Shown: positions 57,801-64,000 of the stretch, piece by piece
How positions within the stretch are numbered: position 1 is the stretch's first letter
How the letters are laid out: every line of letters begins with the position of its first letter
Source: a virus
DNA length: 64,000 bases
IMG/VR virus record: IMGVR_UViG_3300021185_001461
Location: 32,001-96,000 of that record
Direction: 5' to 3' (one strand)
Made by a program: the position numbers and the translations under genes
The notes under the pieces: generated by a model
What the model saw: only the letters and a program-made list of their open reading frames with translations
Databases searched by the model: none
What the model was told of the DNA's origin: nothing

Positions 57801-60800
57801 TAAATTAGAAGTTTATCATATTAAAATGGACGAAGCAAGTTTTGTTCCGCCTAGTATGGTAAAACTTGGATTAGCATATGGTGTAGAACCACAAGTAAAC
57901 AACGGCATATTATATACACACGATGGTAAAGAAATTAGTGTTACTGATGAAACTAGTTTAATAGACTTAGACTCTACAACATTTGATCCTGTAAACGCAG
58001 TAGTATACGAAATGGAAAAACGTATATATGCAGGACTTGTTAAAGAAGATTATATGTATAGTGATGAGAAAAAAGGAAGAAATAAATTTAATTCTCCAGT
58101 TGAGTACTTGCCAACAGAACATGTAAACACGTGGTTTAAATTAAATGATTTAAATAACTATTTAGAAAAATATTATTACAAGTGGGCTAGACTCAACAAT
58201 ATTACAAGTCTAAACACAGATAACTATTATGATGCTGCAGATCCATTTACTTGGAACTACAGTACATTATCAATTGGTAGTGAATCAATGCCAGGACATT
58301 GGAAGGGTGCATACACACATATATTTGGTACAGCTACTCCTCACTTAACTCCTTGGCACATGCTAGGACATGCATTTAAACCAACATGGTGGGACACACA
58401 TTACAGTTGGACAGACGCAACTAAACGTACTGCATTAATTAACGCATTAACAAACGGTATAGTTTCAAATCCAAGCAGTAATACCATACAAGTTTTACGC
58501 AACGCAAGATACACATGGGACTGGAGAGATGTTCCAACAGGCAATTGTCCAGTTAAAACTGACGGTACACTAGAAGACCCAGATACAGTTTTAGGAACTC
58601 CATCAAACGTTGATAAAGAACAAGACTTTGTGTTTGGTGATTGGGGTCCTGTAGAAGCACAATGGAGATTTAGTGCAGAAGGACAAGCAGTATTATTAGA
58701 TGCAGTATTAAAATTAAATCCTGCAAAAGCATGGACAGACTTTTTCCAACCAGGTGCAATAGACAGTTATAAATCTGTTATTAAAAATATAAATCATTAT
58801 ACACAAGATTTAATTAATACTAAAGATTTTAAAATTCCAGGAAAAATATATGAGAGTAGTATTTACAGTTTAAAACTTAAAACAACTTCTCAATCTAATT
58901 TAGAAAAAGATGGATACTTTAATATTATAGATGATGATCAAAGTACGTTTGCTAGAGCAAGATATGTACTCAATGATATTAGTCTAGCATCCGGTTCAAC
59001 TGATAGTATTAGTTTAATTGAAAGAGGATTAAACTTTACCGGGTATCCGATTGTTTCATATGCTGGTTCTGATTCAGTAACAAATTCTATAAACGTTGAT
59101 ATTAAACTTAAACAAATTCCATTTACAGCAAATGGAATAGCACAAGCACAATATAATTATTTAATTAGAAATAGTATTGATGTTAACTTAGAAGATTTAT
59201 ATACAAAACTAGAAACAAAATTACAAGCAAAAGTTAACGGCTTCACTAATAAACATTTATTAAATTTATCATCAGAAACTAGTACAGTAGGAGACCTTAC
59301 ACTAGGAGCAGAAGACTTTAATGTTAGTATGTACGAAGGTTCATTAAATGAACTAGTTACTGCAAGTTCTGTGCTTGTAACAAAAACAGTTCTTGGATAT
59401 AAAGTTGAAGGGTTTAATAACAATACAAGAGAGTTTAAATTTTATGAACCAAACATAGATAACCCAACAGATTACATAACAAAAGATATTAATGGACAAG
59501 CACTAAGACGATATAATAAATTTGTAACAGTGCCTAGTATAGCAGAGTATGATACACAATTTAGCAAAACACAAGACATGTATAATTTTGTAAGAGGCTA
59601 CTGGAAGTGGATGGAAGTTCAAGGATATACTCCTCAAAATGACAGTGATGTTGCATCTACTGATTTTATTAATTGGGCAGTAACAGCAGAAGTAAATGAT
59701 TCTACTATTTTACATCTGGGACAATTAATACAATACAAACCAGCAACGGGTCATGTATATGAGTTTAATACATTAGAGTACAACAGTAATGATATTCTGT
59801 CAACAGATCATACTAGAATAGATAACAGCAAATTAGGTATCAAGCGTATCGATGGAATAGTTTCAATTGAAACAAAGGATAGCGAATTTATAGGAAGCAC
59901 TACTAGTGCTGTGTTAAACTACGAACATATTATTATATTAGAAAATAAAACAAAATTAGGAGTAACTATTTACGATGATATTAAATCTAATAGTTTACAA
60001 AGACTTGTACTAACTGGACAAAGAACACTAAACTGGACTGGAGAGAAAAAAGCACCTGGTTATTTAATAGTTAATGATAGTATTGTACAGAACTTTGATA
60101 GTGCAGTACAAAGTGTTGATAACATATACAGAACAGACGTAGATGAATTTAATTTATCTTTTTCTAAATCAAAAGATTTAACAATTGGAAATATAGAAGG
60201 ACAAATGCTAGATGGATTAGGCATTAATAAAAATGTACTTACAAATTATTATCAAGGTATGATAAAAGAAAAAGGCACAAAAGGTGCAATAGAACATGTA
60301 GGTAAAAGCAACATACTCCACAAAGCAGAAACAACAGTTTCAACATACGAACAATATATGTTTAGGCAAACATATTTAGGTAATAACGACTTTGAGGCAG
60401 CACTTGAAATAGAATTAAAATCAAGTGATATTAACTCATCGCCGCAAGTAATAACATTAGATTCAACTTCAACCGCATCTAATGTTATTAAAATAACTGA
60501 CGATAGAGTTGTTAATTCAACAGGAACATCTCCTCTCATTACATTTGAAGAAGTAGAATATGATGATGCAAATTTAGATATACTTACTGGTGGTGAAGCA
60601 CTTGTTACTGAAACAGATTATCAAGTATTAAGTTCAAACGAAATAAGTTCTGTATTTGACAGTACGGCCGATTATGCAACTATTCCAACTTGGAGTCCTA
60701 CTGTAAGTTACAAAAAAGGCGATCAAGTTCGATTCCGTGGACATCTGTGGAAATGTAAAGTTAACTTTACTGGATTAGATGTTGTATCACCTACTATAGA

Positions 60801-63800
60801 AGCAACTACTCCATTAGCAACAGACCAAAATATACTTACATATGGAACAGTGGCAAGCATTGACGGTACAGTAACTACTATTCAAAGAACTAGAGAAGTT
60901 TATAACGACATTGTTGCAACTGGCTCAAGTTTCACTCCATTCTTAGAAAGCGAAACACTTGAAATAGGATATCTAGCAAACATGACTCCTATTACATTTT
61001 CAAAACAAGAAAGTATACCAACAGTAGTTGGACCAGCAGCTATAAAAGGCGAAGCAGGCCCTATTAGTTTTAATGATGTTACTGGCAAAGCTATTACTAT
61101 TAATATTAGAAACACAGCTTCTAATGGAACAATTACAGACAACAATACAGTAGTTAACTTTGATACAACACCACTAAATGTAGTTGAAAACTTTACTGGC
61201 GATGGAATTGAAACACAATTTACTATAGCACAAATATTGTCTAGTAGTACTTACGCAGTAGATAGTATAACAATTAACGGTAACTTAGCAACTGCAATAA
61301 CTGACTATAATGTAGCTTCGCAAGTTATTACGTTTACATCTCCACCAGCAAATGCTTCTGCTATTATTGTAACATTAGTACACATTCCAAACCAAATGAG
61401 TGCGGAAGATATTAAAGACCATATTAATAATGCCGGTATAACAAACCTAACTGCATCGCTTGAAACAGCTGGTACTGTTGAAGTATTGCAATTAAGTTAT
61501 CAAGATACTGACATAGGAAATCAATTAGTATTAGAAGCAGGCTCAACTAATAATGATTTAGGATTTATAACAACCCCTACTCCAAATCAACAAATAGTTG
61601 CTTCTCAACTAATACAAGGTGTTATTACTCCAACTAACTTAACTGTTGAAGAAGTAAGAGATCAAATCAATGCTACGGCAAATCTTGCCGCACAAATAAC
61701 AGCATCTGTGTCTGGTGGTAACATTGTATTAACTGATACAGATGGTAGTGTTAACTTAGCAATATCAGGTACTGCTAGAACAAAATTAGGACTGGAAACA
61801 TCTTACTCAACTGGTACATCAACAGAGAATCGTTCAGCGACTTATGCCGAAGCAGTTGCAGATATACAAGCAACACTTACTGCTCAAAGCATATCAGGTG
61901 TTAATGTTGTACTTGTTGGTAACGCAATTAAATTTGAATCAACTAACTCAAGTTTAAACTTAGGCGATACTGATTTTAATTCTCAAACAGGATTACAAAC
62001 AGGTATTATATATGCTTCTGAAGGTGATGTTGATAACGATTGGGATACTGAACATTACGCATATTTTGATCCAATAGTAGATGACCCAGCATTATACAAT
62101 ATATTAATAGCAGATGACAGTGACTTTGAAATTGAAAGTTTTGGAGATGTGGTTACTAAATTCTGGGGATGGAATGTTCTTCAAGTAACACAAAGACGAA
62201 TATGGAAATATCCAGGGCAATGGGAAGATTCAAATTTATATAGTTTACCAAGTGCTAGTAAAAATGCAGCGACAGTGGCTGCAGGTGGCACGGCTACTAC
62301 ATGTGGCATATGTGCAGGACTATCAAGCAAAGATGGTAATGATGCTGAGATAACAACTAACCTACCACATCAGCTCAATGTAGGAGATTATGTGCAACTA
62401 TTAAACACAGACACTACTCCAACTATTGATGGTATACACAAAGTAACAAAAATTGATCCAAATGATGCTTACGTATTTTACATTGATGAATTTATTGAAA
62501 AGTGTGGTAATGCACAGTCTATTATGCCGCTAGTAACTACTAGATTTAAAAACAAAGATCAAAGAGGAGATACTGCATCAACTACAGTATTTGGTGCAGA
62601 AGATTCTAGGCGTTGGAATATTCCAGTAGGTGCTCTTACTTTTGTTAACAACGTCGATGGTGTAAGAGGAACATTTGTTGAGAAGAAAACAGCAACTAGC
62701 CCAACATATGAGTTTGTTAGAACTAACACTACAAGACCTACTAATAAAGACATAGACAGTGTAATAATTTACAATCAAAAAACTAACCAATCAAAAGTAC
62801 AATTAGAAGTATGGGACCCAATGAGAAAGATTATTCCTGGCATTGCACAAAGAAACTTAGACTATATTAATTTTTCTGATAATGCAATTTATAGTACTTC
62901 AACAGACGAAAGTCATTTAACAGATGAAGATAATGCATGGGGCTCAGAACAACTTGGTACTAGATGGTGGGATACAAGCAGAGCAAGATATTATGATTAC
63001 GATCAAGGTGGCTTAAGAGTAGCAGGGTCGTGGGGTTACTTATACCCAGGAGCCGAAATTGCAGTATGGGAATGGATTAAGTCAAATGTAGCACCAGATG
63101 ATTATGCTAAAGCAGTAACTGAATCAAAAGAAATGTTTGGCACAGTTGCAACCGGAGAAGCATATTTTATATATGACAGTGTTGCAAAAGAAAATGTTTA
63201 CTACTATACAACAGAAAAAGAATACAATAGTGACACAGGAAATTATAATGATGTATATTATTTCTGGGTTAAAAATAAAACAACCACAACTGATACAAGA
63301 ACATTATCAGCATTTGATGTAGCTAATATAATTGAAAATCCATCAGCAAATGGTATCAGTTGGTTTGCAGTAACAAATAACAATTCATTTATTGTTAGTA
63401 ACATTAATTATTATCTAGAAGATGAAAATACTGTATTACAAATTAACAAAGCAGGCAATAAATTTAACTCACACAACGAGTGGACAATGATTGCTAAAGA
63501 TAAAGATTTAATTCCAGAATATTATTTTAATTCAATGAAGCATAGCTTCTCTGGTGTAAATTCAGCAACAGGTGACGCTATTCCATATTCTACATTACAT
63601 AGATTTAATCGCTATGGCAATGATATGGATATTGGACAAACATGGTTTAATGATTTATCGGGTGCTAGAAGAAATGCAGTTGTAACACTTAATGAAATAT
63701 TTAAAAACATTAATCTAAATGATGTATATAAAAATACATGGGATAAAACATTTATAGCTAATAAATTTCCTACTCTATTATGGGAGTGGATAGACTATAA

Positions 63801-64000
63801 ATTAGAAACATACAACAGTACATATAATCATACAAAAACAATCACAGCCTATTCAGATTTAAATACCATAGACAGAGATTTTCATTCAGTGGTTAAATTA
63901 ATTATGTTTGACGAAGTAGACGAACTTGATAGAAGTGAGACGTATGCTTACAATAATGAAAACAAAGTTTGGGAGTTAGTACTTAAAAAGAACAACACAA
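54874..64000 (+). CDS. Giant baseplate/structural protein (>3040 codons), 3' end outside window
   Basis: Not in the ORF track (no stop). MAKKKAGQQKVNNVKSSNFLPSIFQTELNK..PPIDIDKFVNHTNYRW; still in frame and open at the window end (NKVWELVLKKNNT). Confidence 0.85.
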   Translation, partial: MAKKKAGQQKVNNVKSSNFLPSIFQTELNKSWLDSTLDQMVSKGPLDNIDGYIGSKHGNIAKANDVYIESQDSKTQLTPALVSYDKQKQLTNSIAFDDIANSINTNFATYNYNSAYSSDRYTFNPPIDIDKFVNHTNYRWVPELPVYESIWTGTSKNPITDIQTNGISTLTDDNNTFTVENQMLIKFTGSGWDASVLNKTYIVAGSVGEHKLYEYLDASGNRVYNNTVSHSEDADGGWWNGILHTVELNTSYSGYQASSVESPQQLVDHYNDDLTSLKLPYFSGFTFLNYKPESNNTQLIKNTLVKFTGSWTHTGITNNTDIFSLTIDATTGDVSIAAATADEIASANTTLSPDNNLMYNEGFPVDPQRDYIVIAKEDSGQTAWSRANHWVNISTIKKLQELIPTYDFTEVKNIKRKAQRPIIEYNAELHLWDTQTKTKINQYPLYKFFNTEGESLEGGCNKSFTGEKIFGYKEGTGTNDTELGFPLSYKDTPKGAEYEFENFILTHEYYTNHSNAEYSKATYSKEQLGYNFFKQNNVLKTIYTPAGIPAGAWSTAQYKVDTTDAALEIPYGSDNFKLNETFFLHKIDNNISISVAYSNGTTNTMHTGNAELYTVCESETIEFNNLTDITSTEIKIISNGVDIESTSIPEITFTRTSDKITLVTSGSSNGKQFNVVHDDGSTVTVLQSFIIDTECNKSFYKIQLNGANIDPSKVTINATTISIDESILALDDLVDFSWRSNDLTNETTDISLPDVHVHNSSNSVIKTFTMSETINHWTDKLNSMPGFDITLADNNYASIPHTTQYGGTIFVHENNTTMHDINYSNKKATITGALVEQGKEFNAFRTRVSSQARRLFTLGTSSVQQLTDDAITEIIRNKQKNTLYNTSNMLYGELSNKQQFSLEGAISTLPKTFKTRFTFNGDTNIRDHVYVYLTENNGSDKQIRRLLLKDRDYRFLSNTVEILIDYAALDSNLTEPKLEVYHIKMDEASFVPPSMVKLGLAYGVEPQVNNGILYTHDGKEISVTDETSLIDLDSTTFDPVNAVVYEMEKRIYAGLVKEDYMYSDEKKGRNKFNSPVEYLPTEHVNTWFKLNDLNNYLEKYYYKWARLNNITSLNTDNYYDAADPFTWNYSTLSIGSESMPGHWKGAYTHIFGTATPHLTPWHMLGHAFKPTWWDTHYSWTDATKRTALINALTNGIVSNPSSNTIQVLRNARYTWDWRDVPTGNCPVKTDGTLEDPDTVLGTPSNVDKEQDFVFGDWGPVEAQWRFSAEGQAVLLDAVLKLNPAKAWTDFFQPGAIDSYKSVIKNINHYTQDLINTKDFKIPGKIYESSIYSLKLKTTSQSNLEKDGYFNIIDDDQSTFARARYVLNDISLASGSTDSISLIERGLNFTGYPIVSYAGSDSVTNSINVDIKLKQIPFTANGIAQAQYNYLIRNSIDVNLEDLYTKLETKLQAKVNGFTNKHLLNLSSETSTVGDLTLGAEDFNVSMYEGSLNELVTASSVLVTKTVLGYKVEGFNNNTREFKFYEPNIDNPTDYITKDINGQALRRYNKFVTVPSIAEYDTQFSKTQDMYNFVRGYWKWMEVQGYTPQNDSDVASTDFINWAVTAEVNDSTILHLGQLIQYKPATGHVYEFNTLEYNSNDILSTDHTRIDNSKLGIKRIDGIVSIETKDSEFIGSTTSAVLNYEHIIILENKTKLGVTIYDDIKSNSLQRLVLTGQRTLNWTGEKKAPGYLIVNDSIVQNFDSAVQSVDNIYRTDVDEFNLSFSKSKDLTIGNIEGQMLDGLGINKNVLTNYYQGMIKEKGTKGAIEHVGKSNILHKAETTVSTYEQYMFRQTYLGNNDFEAALEIELKSSDINSSPQVITLDSTSTASNVIKITDDRVVNSTGTSPLITFEEVEYDDANLDILTGGEALVTETDYQVLSSNEISSVFDSTADYATIPTWSPTVSYKKGDQVRFRGHLWKCKVNFTGLDVVSPTIEATTPLATDQNILTYGTVASIDGTVTTIQRTREVYNDIVATGSSFTPFLESETLEIGYLANMTPITFSKQESIPTVVGPAAIKGEAGPISFNDVTGKAITINIRNTASNGTITDNNTVVNFDTTPLNVVENFTGDGIETQFTIAQILSSSTYAVDSITINGNLATAITDYNVASQVITFTSPPANASAIIVTLVHIPNQMSAEDIKDHINNAGITNLTASLETAGTVEVLQLSYQDTDIGNQLVLEAGSTNNDLGFITTPTPNQQIVASQLIQGVITPTNLTVEEVRDQINATANLAAQITASVSGGNIVLTDTDGSVNLAISGTARTKLGLETSYSTGTSTENRSATYAEAVADIQATLTAQSISGVNVVLVGNAIKFESTNSSLNLGDTDFNSQTGLQTGIIYASEGDVDNDWDTEHYAYFDPIVDDPALYNILIADDSDFEIESFGDVVTKFWGWNVLQVTQRRIWKYPGQWEDSNLYSLPSASKNAATVAAGGTATTCGICAGLSSKDGNDAEITTNLPHQLNVGDYVQLLNTDTTPTIDGIHKVTKIDPNDAYVFYIDEFIEKCGNAQSIMPLVTTRFKNKDQRGDTASTTVFGAEDSRRWNIPVGALTFVNNVDGVRGTFVEKKTATSPTYEFVRTNTTRPTNKDIDSVIIYNQKTNQSKVQLEVWDPMRKIIPGIAQRNLDYINFSDNAIYSTSTDESHLTDEDNAWGSEQLGTRWWDTSRARYYDYDQGGLRVAGSWGYLYPGAEIAVWEWIKSNVAPDDYAKAVTESKEMFGTVATGEAYFIYDSVAKENVYYYTTEKEYNSDTGNYNDVYYFWVKNKTTTTDTRTLSAFDVANIIENPSANGISWFAVTNNNSFIVSNINYYLEDENTVLQINKAGNKFNSHNEWTMIAKDKDLIPEYYFNSMKHSFSGVNSATGDAIPYSTLHRFNRYGNDMDIGQTWFNDLSGARRNAVVTLNEIFKNINLNDVYKNTWDKTFIANKFPTLLWEWIDYKLETYNSTYNHTKTITAYSDLNTIDRDFHSVVKLIMFDEVDELDRSETYAYNNENKVWELVLKKNNT

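Noticed and set aside
300-63322. Many short antisense or alternate-frame ORFs in the track (e.g. 4184..4792, 31112..31579, 37179..37649, 47390..47890, 56499..56960)
   Set aside because: They overlap well-supported genes, lack RBSs and have shadow-ORF composition.
1-64000. Stop-codon reassignment (alternative genetic code) as in some jumbo phages
   Set aside because: Genes are intact and densely packed in the standard code, and TAA, TGA and TAG all terminate conserved genes at expected positions (e.g. TAG ends the protease, TGA ends gp14).

Overview
AT-rich 64 kb segment of a large T4-superfamily myovirus, read in the standard genetic code. Its bidirectional gene order and gigantic baseplate gene resemble GAP32/Rak2/XacN1/Atu_ph07-type jumbo phages, and the habitat is probably aquatic (both are inferences). 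The window holds most of the virion morphogenesis module: tail sheath (partial), neck gp13/gp14, tail terminator gp15, a cluster of repeat-rich tail fibres (three with C-terminal S74 chaperone domains), major capsid, scaffold, prohead protease, portal, two paralogous tape-measure-like genes, gp26/gp51-like hub chaperones, gp53, gp27-like hub, gp5, gp25, gp6 and a >3000-codon structural gene running off the right end. It also carries gp46/gp47, the gp55 late sigma factor, dNMP kinase and accessory genes (SbmA/BacA-like transporter, 2OG-Fe(II) hydroxylase, glycosyltransferases, Nudix, HxGH nucleotidyltransferase, GIY-YIG, HNH). Two promoter classes are visible: consensus sigma70 and late (A/C)TAAATA. 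The most interesting signals are non-coding or recoding. They are a glutamine-riboswitch-like motif ahead of an unannotated 50-aa basic peptide, two ORF-free structured RNA candidates each with its own sigma70 promoter, and a slippery-site-plus-hairpin candidate -1 frameshift joining the gp26-like and gp51-like ORFs. All assignments come from motif recognition by eye; no searches were run.
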